Origin: Roseovarius sp.
Lineage (GTDB): Bacteria; Pseudomonadota; Alphaproteobacteria; Rhodobacterales; Rhodobacteraceae
Reading direction: 5' to 3'
Length of the DNA stretch: 64,000 nt
NCBI GenBank assembly: GCA_045106595.1
Contig: JBGCEW010000012.1
Coordinates: 220,113-284,112 of the forward strand
The notes below the pieces were generated by a model. That model was given only the letters and a program-made list of their open reading frames with translations, made no database searches and was not told the origin of the DNA. Below, piece by piece: positions 40,396 to 50,249 of the stretch; position 1 is the first letter of the stretch, and each line of letters opens with the position of its first letter. Made by a program: the position numbers and the translations under genes.

Positions 40396-42392
40396 ACGAT
40401 GATTTTGATGATCTGGATGACCTGAAATCCACTCTGCGCGCCGCAACCCCTGCGCCGGATGCCTCCAAACGCGCGACCAATATTGCGCTGGCCAAGAAAA
40501 ATTTCGCTGATCTCCAAGGATCGTCCGATCAGCCACGTCCTATCTCTGACCGCCCCCAAACGGGGTTTCTCAGAGGAGTACGCACAATGATCACCAGTCT
40601 TTCCACCCGTGGCGCTTTGACCGCGACCACCGCTGTTGTGGCCTTTGGCCTAGTCGTGGCGCTGCCGCAGCTGACCCAGAAACCTGGCGTGATGGAAGGG
40701 TTTAGCCTGCCAGAACCCAACCCCATTGTCGCCAATGATGAGGCCCCCGTGAGCATTGAAGCCCCGGCGCCGACCCCGGAAATGGAAGAAACGGCACCCA
40801 GTGAACGCAGCGAAAGCCGCCTGCGCGCAGACACCGCCGATTCAGGTGGCGCAAGTGTGCCACAGGCCGCACCCGAGGATCTGTTGGTGTCCAGACCTTT
40901 GGCCGCAAAGCGGACCGTTGTTGATGGCACAATCGCAGGAGGTATTGTTCCGCAGGCGCCTGCGCATGATGATATCGTGATCACCGACCGCGACACCGAG
41001 GCCTTCGCCAATGCCGAAAGCAACCCCTTGAAAATCACCTCCGAGGACCCCGTCTCGACCTTCTCGATCGATGTCGACACGGCCTCATATGCGATCCTTC
41101 GCAATTCGATCAGCAATGGCCAGCTGCCCCCTGCGGAGATGGTGCGCATCGAAGAGATGATCAACTATTTCCCTTATGACTACGCAGCCCCCGATGGCCT
41201 ACATCCGTTTGAACCCACCGTATCTGTCGTCCCAACCCCTTGGAATACCGGCACGCAGCTGGTCCATATCGCGATCCAGGGCGAAAAGCCCGCCGTTGAA
41301 GATCGCCCGCCGTTGAACCTTGTGTTCCTGATCGACACCTCAGGATCGATGAACCAATCCAACAAGCTGCCATTGCTCAAACAATCGCTGTCCTTGATGC
41401 TGTCGCAACTCAGCGAACAGGATCAGGTGGCCATCGTGGCATACGCGGGCAGCGCCGGGCAGGTTCTGGCCCCCACCATGGCCAGCCAACGCAGCACGAT
41501 CTTAAGCGCCCTGGACAACCTGTCGGCGGGTGGATCCACCGGCGGGCAAGCGGGATTACAACAGGCTTATGCCGTGGCCGAAGGCATGGCCCAGGACGGC
41601 GAAGTTACCCGCGTGGTTCTGGCCACGGATGGTGATTTTAACGTTGGCCTGTCGGACCCTGAGGCGCTGAAGGACTACATTGCAGACAAGCGCGACACCG
41701 GCACCTACCTGTCGGTCATGGGTTTTGGTCGCGGCAATCTGGACGATGCCACGATGCAGGCACTGGCCCAAAATGGCAACGGCAACGCATCCTACATCGA
41801 CACCCTGTCCGAGGCACAAAAAGTGCTGGTCGATCAGTTTGCCGGCGCATCCTTTCCCATCGCGGATGATGTGAAAATTCAGGTAGAGTTTAATCCCGCC
41901 CAAATCGCTGAATACCGCCTGATCGGCTATGAAACCCGCGCCCTGAACCGCGAGGATTTCAACAACGACAAGGTAGATGCCGGTGACATCGGCGCAGGCA
42001 CATCCGTGACCGCGATATACGAGGTGACGCCCGTTGGATCAGACGCAGTGCTCAGCGATCCCTTACGTTATGGCGAGGCAGCCGGAACGGCTGAAGAGCA
42101 AACCGACGAGCTGGGATACCTCAAGCTGCGTTACAAAGCGCCCGGAGCCTCAACCAGCACGTTGATCGAAACGCCTATTCAATCCGGCACCACCGACGCC
42201 ATGGGCGAGACGGGCTTCTCCATCGCCATCGCCTCATTCGGCGAGCTGTTGCGCGGGTCGAACTACACCGCCGATTGGTCTTATGCGGATGCCATCGCAC
42301 TGGCCAGCGCCACGAAGGGTGCAGATGTCTATGGCTACCGCGCCGAGGCAATCCGCCTGATGCGTCTGGCAGACACCCTGTCCCAGCAGTAA
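40392..42392 (+). CDS. membrane-anchored vWA-domain protein (YfbK-like with DUF3520), putative anti-sigma
   Basis: TTG start overlapping sigma stop; short N-domain, TM helix, linker, STFSIDVDTASY, MIDAS DTSGSM, LATDGDFNVG, LIGYETR. Confidence 0.88.
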   Translation: MNDDFDDLDDLKSTLRAATPAPDASKRATNIALAKKNFADLQGSSDQPRPISDRPQTGFLRGVRTMITSLSTRGALTATTAVVAFGLVVALPQLTQKPGVMEGFSLPEPNPIVANDEAPVSIEAPAPTPEMEETAPSERSESRLRADTADSGGASVPQAAPEDLLVSRPLAAKRTVVDGTIAGGIVPQAPAHDDIVITDRDTEAFANAESNPLKITSEDPVSTFSIDVDTASYAILRNSISNGQLPPAEMVRIEEMINYFPYDYAAPDGLHPFEPTVSVVPTPWNTGTQLVHIAIQGEKPAVEDRPPLNLVFLIDTSGSMNQSNKLPLLKQSLSLMLSQLSEQDQVAIVAYAGSAGQVLAPTMASQRSTILSALDNLSAGGSTGGQAGLQQAYAVAEGMAQDGEVTRVVLATDGDFNVGLSDPEALKDYIADKRDTGTYLSVMGFGRGNLDDATMQALAQNGNGNASYIDTLSEAQKVLVDQFAGASFPIADDVKIQVEFNPAQIAEYRLIGYETRALNREDFNNDKVDAGDIGAGTSVTAIYEVTPVGSDAVLSDPLRYGEAAGTAEEQTDELGYLKLRYKAPGASTSTLIETPIQSGTTDAMGETGFSIAIASFGELLRGSNYTADWSYADAIALASATKGADVYGYRAEAIRLMRLADTLSQQ

Positions 42393-42412
42393 TCCCAACT
42401 GCCAGATGCAAG

Positions 42413-42442
42413 AAAGGCCCGGGCAATCACGCCTGGGCCTTT
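42413..42442. terminator. bidirectional terminator between vWA gene and hsp20
   Basis: AAAGGCCCGGGC-aatcac-GCCTGGGCCTTT. Confidence 0.75.
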
Positions 42443-42465
42443 CCGATGTTCAAAGACAAATGTGC

Positions 42466-42936
42466 TTAGTTCACAGCTTTTGCGTCAACCACATCCTTGT
42501 CATTCGATGTGCTGTTCGCAATCTCGATCCGGCGTGGTTTCAATGCTTCGGGCACTTCGCGCACCAGGTCGATATGCAGCATCCCATCGGTATGGGCGGC
42601 ACCTTCGACACGGACATGATCCGCCAGCTGGAACTTGCGTTCAAACGCGCGGGTGGCGATGCCACGGTGCAGGAATGTCCGGTCCTTGGCATCATCGTCG
42701 GACTTCCGCGCCGACACAATCAACTGGCCTTCGCGCAGCTCGACATGCAGGTCCTGGTCTGCAAAACCGGCTACGGCGATGGAAATGCGATACGCATCAT
42801 CAGCCGTCTTTTCAATATTGTAAGGGGGGTATGTCGGTTGGGCGACATCATTGGACAAAACCCGGTCCATCATGTCTGCAATTTGGTCAAAACCGACAGT
42901 GGCACGGTACAGCGGTGCCATATCAAAGTTACGCAT
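42466..42936 (-). CDS. ibpA: small heat-shock protein Hsp20 (IbpA type)
   Basis: VGFD, YPPYNIEK, AVAGF, FLHRGIATRAFERKFQLAD, GMLHIDL..EVPEALKPRRI. Confidence 0.92.
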   Translation of the reverse strand: MRNFDMAPLYRATVGFDQIADMMDRVLSNDVAQPTYPPYNIEKTADDAYRISIAVAGFADQDLHVELREGQLIVSARKSDDDAKDRTFLHRGIATRAFERKFQLADHVRVEGAAHTDGMLHIDLVREVPEALKPRRIEIANSTSNDKDVVDAKAVN

Positions 42937-42938
42937 GG

Positions 42939-42961
42939 GTCATCCTCCATTGAGCGATAAC
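42939..42961 (-). ncRNA. ROSE-type RNA thermometer hairpin in hsp20 5' UTR
   Basis: GUUAUC-G-CUC AAUG GAG-GAUGAC: stem with bulged G of the U(U/C)GCU motif opposite the SD. Confidence 0.75.
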
Positions 42962-43072
42962 AATATGTTGCAGCCTTCCCAGCATGGGACAGGCCAGTGT
43001 CACCAACCCGACTAAGCGGCGTTGGATGATGCAAATGTGTGTATGGATTTCCCCGATTCAAGGGCCTGCACT

Positions 43073-43876
43073 TCAGGGTTTGGCGAATTTCGCGCCTGAT
43101 GCACGCTTTTGCTCGCCCACCTTGACCCGTTTGACATTCCCTATAGGCGTCTGTGCCCGTGGCATCGCGCGCAAATCCTGTTTCAGGCGGCTGACCAAGG
43201 GCGCAAGTTCCATGCCATAGGCCGCCCGTGCGCCCCCACCACTGATCAGGGTCAAAATGCGCCCCCGGCCATTTTCGCGCACAAACACCGGCGCTCCGGA
43301 TGAGCCAAAGGTGACATTACAATCAAACGCAATCAGCCCCTGACCCTTGCCCAGAACTGAACATTCACGTTGCCAAGACAAGGCCGCATCACGCCCCTGC
43401 CCATAAGACACAACACTGACGTTTTGCCCGTCGGTCACCCGTTGATGCAGCACAAACGGGTCTGCCAGGGTTGTCGAAATCGGTGTTGTCAGCTCCAGCA
43501 AAGCGGCATCATAGCGGATCGTATCCGATCCAAAGCGCGCTGTCGGATCATACCCCTTGTGGGCCACAATCCGGGCAATCTGGCTGGTGGCGATTGCCTT
43601 GCCATCTGCAAGGCCCGCGCGGAATGTGATTTTGTCAGCATCGCGCAGCTGGTTGTTGGAATCATAAACGCAATGCGCAGCCGTCAGCACCAGATTGGTG
43701 GCAATCAATGCACCAGTGCAATAACCGCCGCCGCCTAGCTCTACGCGGCCCACGGCCTCCCATCCCAGCAGATCATCACGATCCGTCAACCGGATCAGGC
43801 TGCTGCCCGCCACGACAGGTGCAGCCGTCGATACAAGCGCTGCAATCAATGCCATATGAGCCTTGCGCCAGACCAT
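43073..43876 (-). CDS. exported trypsin-like serine protease (paralog 2)
   Basis: Signal peptide; CTGALI..LVLTAAHC, DAALL, GSSGAP. Confidence 0.9.
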   Translation of the reverse strand: MVWRKAHMALIAALVSTAAPVVAGSSLIRLTDRDDLLGWEAVGRVELGGGGYCTGALIATNLVLTAAHCVYDSNNQLRDADKITFRAGLADGKAIATSQIARIVAHKGYDPTARFGSDTIRYDAALLELTTPISTTLADPFVLHQRVTDGQNVSVVSYGQGRDAALSWQRECSVLGKGQGLIAFDCNVTFGSSGAPVFVRENGRGRILTLISGGGARAAYGMELAPLVSRLKQDLRAMPRAQTPIGNVKRVKVGEQKRASGAKFAKP

Positions 43877-44679
43877 TATGGCTTGGCGAATTTGGCACCC
43901 GTCTGGCGGCGTTCGCCCTGAGATGCCATTTCGGGGGCGGGTTCCTGAAACACACCCCGGCCTGCGTCCAGTTCGCTGCGCAACAGCGCCAGTGGATCTT
44001 CCAGCTGTGTGCCCAGTGATACCTTCTCACCGTCCACCTCGGCCATGGCCGACACCACTGACACAACACGCGGCGCACCACTTTCGAATGAAAAGACCGG
44101 CGCCCCGGATGAGCCAAAGTTGACGTCACACGACATGATCAACACACCTTGCTGGCGGGCTTTTACGTCACACACTTCCTGCAGAGATGGGGCTTCGGAT
44201 CGGTCACGCGCATAGCTGACCACACCAATCCGTTGGCCCTTGCGCGGGCGGCGGTCAGTTTCAAAGGGCACCACAGAAGTGTTGTTGATCGGATGATGCA
44301 ACTCCAGCAGCGCCACATCATTGCGTACGCGCTCGGCGGCGATGTCACCGTCATATGTGAAATCAGGATGCGTCACCGCACGTTTGACCCATCGATAAGC
44401 CGAGGCGCGGCCATTGCGCCAACCAGCCAGAAATTCGATTTTGCCATGATCAATGCGTTCGCCGGTGGATTTTTCAAACAGGCAATGCGCAGCCGTCAGC
44501 ACCAGATCAGGGGCAATCAGCGCGCCGGTGCAAAACCCACGCCCGTCGATATCCAGACGGCCAACCGCTTCCCAACCGCGACTGTCATCGCCGGTGTGAA
44601 GGGCGGTCAGCCCCGTGTTGCCGGCAACAGCGATGCCGCCAGTGACCATAAAGGCCAGCGATAAAAGGAATATGCGCAT
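43876..44679 (-). CDS. exported trypsin-like serine protease (paralog 1)
   Basis: Signal peptide; FCTGALIAPDLVLTAAHC, DVALL, GSSGAP; TAATG coupling to paralog 2. Confidence 0.9.
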   Translation of the reverse strand: MRIFLLSLAFMVTGGIAVAGNTGLTALHTGDDSRGWEAVGRLDIDGRGFCTGALIAPDLVLTAAHCLFEKSTGERIDHGKIEFLAGWRNGRASAYRWVKRAVTHPDFTYDGDIAAERVRNDVALLELHHPINNTSVVPFETDRRPRKGQRIGVVSYARDRSEAPSLQEVCDVKARQQGVLIMSCDVNFGSSGAPVFSFESGAPRVVSVVSAMAEVDGEKVSLGTQLEDPLALLRSELDAGRGVFQEPAPEMASQGERRQTGAKFAKP

Positions 44680-44764
44680 GGGCTGCCCGAAATTATACTT
44701 TTCTCGGTTCAGCAACTATCAGACCTTTGAGGCAAAATTGCGGCACCCTAAGGAAGCGTGCGGC

Positions 44765-46054
44765 TTAGTCTCTGTCCAAGGCAGGGGGTTTAGGCCCGCC
44801 AGTGGCCCAGTCCAACAGCTCGACCGTGTGAACCATGGGAATATCCGTACCACCACCGATCTGCATCATGCAGCCGATGTTACCCGCCGCGATGATGTCG
44901 GGCGTCTTGGCCTCAAGCGTGCGTACTTTACGCTCCTTCAGCTGTTTGGAAATCTCGGGTTGCATCAGGTTATACGTCCCTGCTGAACCACAGCACAGAT
45001 GGCTGTCCGCAGGCTCAACCACCTCAAATCCCACACGTTTCAGCAGGTCTTTGGGGAAGGTTTTAATCTGCTGTCCGTGTTGTAGCGAACAGGCGGCATG
45101 ATAGGCCACTTTCAGCTCCTTGGGCGCGCCCTCAGGCAGATCCAGCTTCATCAAAACCTCGGACACATCCATCGCAACGGCCGCCACACGTTCAGCGTCA
45201 CCCGCCAGCGGTTCATTGCGGAACATGTGGCCGTAATCCTTTACCGTTGTGCCGCACCCTGAGGTGTTGATCACAACAGCATCCAGACCCTCGCGGTCCA
45301 TCTCGCCTGCCCAGGCGGTGATGTTCTTGGCCGCCGGGCCGTGGCTTTCTTTGGTCTTGCCCATGTGATGGGTCAACGCACCGCAACAGCCCGCACCTTC
45401 GGCCACCACCACTTCGCAGCCCAGGCGGGTCAGCAGGCGGATGGTGGCATCGTTGATATCAGTGTTCAGCGCCTTTTGCGCACAGCCCGTCATCAGCGCG
45501 ACACGCATCTTCTTCTCGGCCTTGGGCGCAAAACTTTGCGGATCATCATTGCGACTGACCGGCGGCACCTGTTTGGGTGCCATTTCCAGCATCGCACGCA
45601 GGCGGGCATCCGGCATCAGCCGTGCAAACGGACGGCCGATCTTGGCGCCCAGCAGCGCCACCCGAAACCGCATCGGATAGGGCAGGATTTTGGACAGGAT
45701 CCAGCGCAAAACACGGTCATCCCAGCGGCGTTTGTAATTCTGCTCGATATATTCGCGCGCGTGATCCACCAGATGCATGTAATGCACGCCCGACGGGCAA
45801 GTGGTCATGCAGGCCAGACAGCTAAGACAACGATCCACGTGTTTGACGGTTTTCTCGTCAGGTGTGCGGCCTTGCTCCAGCATATCCTTGATCAGGTAAA
45901 TTCGGCCACGCGGGCTGTCCAGCTCGTCGCCCAGCACCTGATAGGTGGGGCAGGTTGCGGTACAAAACCCACAATGCACACAGTTCCGCAGGATCTCATT
46001 CGATCGCGCGATTGCCGGTTCTTTTAGTTGCAGGTCAGTGAATTCCGTTTTCAT
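44765..46054 (-). CDS. glcF: glycolate oxidase iron-sulfur subunit
   Basis: CVHCGFCTATCP, CLSCLACMTTCP, CCG domains (GCCGA, LCCGSAGTYN). Confidence 0.93.
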   Translation of the reverse strand: MKTEFTDLQLKEPAIARSNEILRNCVHCGFCTATCPTYQVLGDELDSPRGRIYLIKDMLEQGRTPDEKTVKHVDRCLSCLACMTTCPSGVHYMHLVDHAREYIEQNYKRRWDDRVLRWILSKILPYPMRFRVALLGAKIGRPFARLMPDARLRAMLEMAPKQVPPVSRNDDPQSFAPKAEKKMRVALMTGCAQKALNTDINDATIRLLTRLGCEVVVAEGAGCCGALTHHMGKTKESHGPAAKNITAWAGEMDREGLDAVVINTSGCGTTVKDYGHMFRNEPLAGDAERVAAVAMDVSEVLMKLDLPEGAPKELKVAYHAACSLQHGQQIKTFPKDLLKRVGFEVVEPADSHLCCGSAGTYNLMQPEISKQLKERKVRTLEAKTPDIIAAGNIGCMMQIGGGTDIPMVHTVELLDWATGGPKPPALDRD

Positions 46055-46417
46055 TTAGTCCGCCACCACTTGTGCCAGGTTCAGGCCGAACCAAGGCAAG
46101 GTTGTTGCAATTGCTCCGATGGCGAAGGCCCAGCGCGTCGCTGGCCCATCCCCTGTGCGACGGCGCACGGCCAACACGCACATCGACAAGATGACGATCC
46201 ACGCCACCCAAAGAACCGTCAGGATCACCACACCAAAATAGACCCACGTCAGCCACGATTGTCCGGCCCCCCAGGGCACAACGACGGCAAACACCAACAA
46301 AGCGCACGCCAAAAGCGCCAGCTGCGCGAAATAGCTTTGTTCGGGTTTGTGCCGTGCCAACGTCCAAAACGCCAGCGGCCCGGCCGCGAAGGTCAGGATG
46401 TAGGTCAGTGTGATCAT
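46055..46417 (-). CDS. small 4-TM membrane protein between glcE and glcF
   Basis: TGATG overlap with glcE; its stop abuts glcF ATG; very hydrophobic. Confidence 0.7.
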   Translation of the reverse strand: MITLTYILTFAAGPLAFWTLARHKPEQSYFAQLALLACALLVFAVVVPWGAGQSWLTWVYFGVVILTVLWVAWIVILSMCVLAVRRRTGDGPATRWAFAIGAIATTLPWFGLNLAQVVAD

Positions 46418-47553
46418 CAGGCGGCATGCCCCATCATGCCGGCGTTCAGAATACCGCGCGGATCAAAGCGCGCGCGCAGGCCATGTTCCAGTTGCATCAG
46501 CGGTGCGGGCTGAGGATGGAACGTAGGCAGCGGCTGTTGCGAGTCCGCGCTGGCGCGGATCAGGGTCGCATGTCCCTGAAATGCCCCAAGGTGCGCGCGC
46601 AGATCAGTGCCTGACGGGACGCAGGCCCAGATCAAACCGCCGCCCCAATCCAGTTGCAACTGCGCATCTTCGCCCAGTTTGGCAACAATATCAGGTGCAT
46701 CGGTCGGTTTGATGGACACGCGCCACACATCGCCCGTGGCATCCGCCAGCAAATCCACATCCCGAATGCGCTGCCATGCTTGGCGCGATGGCTCTCCGTG
46801 TACGTCGTTCAGATCACCAAACTGGGCCAGGATGGATTTCAATTCGCCCAAACGGTAGGCCACAGAGGCCTGCGATCCTTCGATGCGCAGCAAGGTATCG
46901 GCCTGGTCATCCGCGGTCAGTGGGATATGCGCCGCCCCTGTCACCTCATAGGGCGAGCCAAGTGCTGCCGACATCGCCGCCACGGCATTTGATGTGTCAG
47001 CACCATGCAGGATCAATGTGGATTCTGTTTCCGTGCGAGGCAGTACTTTCAGCGCCACTTCGGTCAGGACACCCAATGTACCGTAGCTGCCCGCCATCAA
47101 CTTCACCAGATCATAGCCGGTGACGTTCTTCATCACGCGGCCCCCGTTTGAGATGTGCTGCCCCCGGCCATCGACAAACTTCACACCCAGCAGGCTGTCA
47201 CGACAAGCCCCCACCTGAATACGGCGCGGACCCGAGGCGTTGGTGGCCACCATGCCGCCCACCGTTGGTGTGCCCGTCGTGCCCAGCAAGGCGCGGTGAT
47301 CCATTGGTTCAAAGGCAAGACGCTGACCTTCGGCGGCAAGGGCCGCATCGATGTCCTCCAGTGGCGTGCCGGCCTTGGCAACAATCGTCAGCGCACCCGG
47401 TTCATACAGCTCAATGCCCGTCAATGCAGCCGTGCTGATGGTGTCACCCGCGCGTGCGTGTCCAATCGGGCGTGTACCACCACCCTGAACACGCAGCGGC
47501 GCGTCAGCTGCCATGATCATCTCGGCCAGATCTGTTTCGGTTTTCGGCGTCAT
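46417..47553 (-). CDS. glcE: glycolate oxidase FAD-binding subunit
   Basis: YEPGALT, GGRVMKNVTGYDL.KL..GS.GTLG, RFDPRGILN. Confidence 0.92.
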   Translation of the reverse strand: MTPKTETDLAEMIMAADAPLRVQGGGTRPIGHARAGDTISTAALTGIELYEPGALTIVAKAGTPLEDIDAALAAEGQRLAFEPMDHRALLGTTGTPTVGGMVATNASGPRRIQVGACRDSLLGVKFVDGRGQHISNGGRVMKNVTGYDLVKLMAGSYGTLGVLTEVALKVLPRTETESTLILHGADTSNAVAAMSAALGSPYEVTGAAHIPLTADDQADTLLRIEGSQASVAYRLGELKSILAQFGDLNDVHGEPSRQAWQRIRDVDLLADATGDVWRVSIKPTDAPDIVAKLGEDAQLQLDWGGGLIWACVPSGTDLRAHLGAFQGHATLIRASADSQQPLPTFHPQPAPLMQLEHGLRARFDPRGILNAGMMGHAA

Positions 47554-47595
47554 GGCACTCATCTTTCTCAAAATATTCAACACCGCAGAAAGCGG

Positions 47596-49035
47596 TTACT
47601 CGGCCGCAATCCGACGAGCGTCACTCGAGGCCAAAGGAAACACCTTTGCCGGGTTCAACAACCATTTGGGATCAAATACATCCTTCACGGCCATCTGAAT
47701 CTCCAGATCTTCCGCGCGGTATTGATCGACCATCAGATCGCGCTTTTCGATACCCACGCCGTGCTCGCCGGTCAGGCAACCGCCCACCTCAACACACAGC
47801 TTCAGGATCTCGGCGCCAAACTCTTCGCAGGTTTCCAGATCGCCGGGTTTGTTGGCATCAAACAAGATCAGCGGGTGCATATTGCCGTCGCCCGCATGAA
47901 ACACATTGGCCACATCCAGTCCAAACTCTTCGCTCATCTCACCGATGCGTTTCAGCACATGGGGCAACTGGCTGACCGGGATTGTCCCATCCAGACACAT
48001 ATAGTCGTTGATCTGCCCCATCGCGCCAAACGCCGATTTCCGACCCAGCCAAATGGCTGCACTTTCTTCAGCGCTTTGGCTCTGACGCAGCTCAACCGGG
48101 TCATGCTTGCGCGCGATTTGCATGATTGTACCAAGCTGTTCATCAATTTCAGCCTCCGACCCTTCGACCTCGACGATCAGCAAAGCCTCGCAATCGGGGT
48201 ATCCTGCCCCGGCAAAGGCTTCGGTCGCGCGAATACAGGGACGATCCATGAATTCGATGGCCACGGGCAAAACCCCTGCCTTGATGATATCTGACACACA
48301 GGCCCCGGCCACTTCGTTGCTGTCAAAGCCGATCAGCACTGGTCGTGCGCCTTCGGGCTTGGGCAGAATACGCAGCGTGGCCTCGGTCACGACACCCAGC
48401 TGCCCTTCTGAGCCACAGATCAGACCCAGCAGATCCAAACCAGAAGCATCCAGATGCGCGCCACCGATTTCTGTCACGGTGCCGTCCATCAGCACCATAG
48501 TGACGCCCATCAGATTGTTCGTGGTCACACCGTATTTCAGACAATGCGCCCCGCCTGAATTCATCGCAATATTGCCCGCAATGGCACAGGCCAGCTGACT
48601 GGAGGGATCAGGGGCATAGAAGAACCCGTTTTCCTCAACCGCGCCGGTCACGCTTAGGTTGGTGCGGCCCGATTGTACACGAATGAATCGGTTGTCGTAA
48701 TCGGTCTCAAGCACATCATTCAAACGCGCCACGCCCAGAATCACACTGTCTTCGGTGGGCAAAGCGCCCCCGGCCAATGACGTACCCGATCCGCGCGGCA
48801 CGACAGGCACGCCCATGTCGTGGCAAATCCGCAAAACATCCGACACCTCTTGCGTGCTGGACGGTAAAACTGCCAACAGTGGCGGGCACTTATACGCGGT
48901 CAGCGCGTCACATTCATATGCTTTGGTCTCATAGGGATCCGAGATGATGGCGTCCTTGGACATCACCTTTTGAAGCCGCTCGATCAGCTGAGGCTTCTTG
49001 GCAAGGATGGCAGGATTTGGTGCAGGCATTTCCAT
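47596..49035 (-). CDS. glcD: glycolate oxidase FAD-linked subunit
   Basis: PRGSGTSLAGG, FYAPDPSSQ, NSGGAHCLKYG, FHAGDGNMHP, LTGEHGVG.EK. Confidence 0.93.
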   Translation of the reverse strand: MEMPAPNPAILAKKPQLIERLQKVMSKDAIISDPYETKAYECDALTAYKCPPLLAVLPSSTQEVSDVLRICHDMGVPVVPRGSGTSLAGGALPTEDSVILGVARLNDVLETDYDNRFIRVQSGRTNLSVTGAVEENGFFYAPDPSSQLACAIAGNIAMNSGGAHCLKYGVTTNNLMGVTMVLMDGTVTEIGGAHLDASGLDLLGLICGSEGQLGVVTEATLRILPKPEGARPVLIGFDSNEVAGACVSDIIKAGVLPVAIEFMDRPCIRATEAFAGAGYPDCEALLIVEVEGSEAEIDEQLGTIMQIARKHDPVELRQSQSAEESAAIWLGRKSAFGAMGQINDYMCLDGTIPVSQLPHVLKRIGEMSEEFGLDVANVFHAGDGNMHPLILFDANKPGDLETCEEFGAEILKLCVEVGGCLTGEHGVGIEKRDLMVDQYRAEDLEIQMAVKDVFDPKWLLNPAKVFPLASSDARRIAAE

Positions 49036-49117
49036 GGCGGTCCCTTTCGATTGGTAAAGAAATATAACCAATTTTAATTTTAGTGCAAGTCCCTCTGTGC
49101 CCGGTTAAGAAACCGCC

Positions 49118-49837
49118 ATGACCATGATGGATACATTTGCCCTTTTTGACCCTGTCGATTACGCCGCTTTGGCTGCGTTGGTGGTCGGGTGGTGGGTGAT
49201 TGGCTGGATCATCGAACACGGCATCGGACAGCGGTGCTCGGTGTCGATGCTGATGGTGCAGTACCGCGAGGAATGGATGACCCATATGATCACCCGTGAA
49301 CCACGGGTGTTTGATGCGCAAATCCTCGGATCGTTGCGCCAGGGGACTGCATTTTTTGCCTCGGCCACAATGATCGCCATCGGCGGCTGTCTGGCACTTT
49401 TGGGCAATGCAGAGCAATTGGTGAACATCGCGGAAGATCTGACACTGGGCCAAGACCCGGTCATTGTCTGGGAAATCAAAGTGCTGGTGATCCTGGGATT
49501 TCTGGCAAACGCATTTTTCAAATTTGTCTGGGCCAATCGCTTGTTCGGGTATTGCGGCGTTGTGATGGGGGCTGTGCCAAACGACCCTAATCACGCCGAT
49601 GTTGCATTGCGCACCAGCCAGGCCGCCGAGATCAGCAATTTCTCCGCCCGAAGCTTCAACCGTGGCTTGCGGGCGATCTATTTCTCATTGGCTGCAACGG
49701 CGTGGCTGTTGGGGCCTTGGGCCTTGATGGCGGCGGCTGCCACCACCTGCCTGATGTTGGTTCGGCGCGAGTTCATGTCGCAATCACATGCCACCTTGTC
49801 CCGCGGGGCATTGTCACAAACGCCCACGCAGTCGTGA
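49118..49837 (+). CDS. DUF599 family membrane protein
   Basis: YREEWM..M..RE.R..D, FFAS, FFKFVW, FNRGLRA.YF. Confidence 0.8.
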   Translation: MTMMDTFALFDPVDYAALAALVVGWWVIGWIIEHGIGQRCSVSMLMVQYREEWMTHMITREPRVFDAQILGSLRQGTAFFASATMIAIGGCLALLGNAEQLVNIAEDLTLGQDPVIVWEIKVLVILGFLANAFFKFVWANRLFGYCGVVMGAVPNDPNHADVALRTSQAAEISNFSARSFNRGLRAIYFSLAATAWLLGPWALMAAAATTCLMLVRREFMSQSHATLSRGALSQTPTQS

Positions 49838-49872
49838 CTGCAAAGCCCGCGCAAACCGCCTATATCTGACAC

Positions 49873-50232
49873 ATGAAACTTCGATTCGCCCTGACCCCTC
49901 TGCTATTCGCCACCGCGCCCCTTTGGGCGGGGTCCCCTGAAATTGTGGATGCCAAGATCACCAAGCAGGGCATGAATTGGCGGATCGAGGTGACGTTGCT
50001 GCATGAGGACACCGGCTGGGAACATTTTGCCGATGGCTGGGAAGTGCTGGACGCGGATGGTCGCGTGCTGGGCTATCGCAAGCTGCACCATCCGCATGTC
50101 GAAGAGCAACCTTTCACCCGGTCGCTCAGCAATCTGATGCTGCCCGATGGCACGCGCGAGTTGTTTATTCGCGCGCATTGTTCGAAAAAGGGCTGGAACA
50201 GTGAAACGGTCCGGATCGAGCTGTCACCCTGA
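49873..50232 (+). CDS. exported His-rich hypothetical protein
   Basis: Signal peptide; HEDTGWEHFADGW, RKLHHPHVEEQPFTRS, RAHC. Confidence 0.75.
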   Translation: MKLRFALTPLLFATAPLWAGSPEIVDAKITKQGMNWRIEVTLLHEDTGWEHFADGWEVLDADGRVLGYRKLHHPHVEEQPFTRSLSNLMLPDGTRELFIRAHCSKKGWNSETVRIELSP

Positions 50233-50249
50233 CTGCATCTGGGCGCGTG

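Noticed and set aside
47155-48294. 379-aa + strand ORF across glcE/glcD
   Set aside because: Antisense shadow
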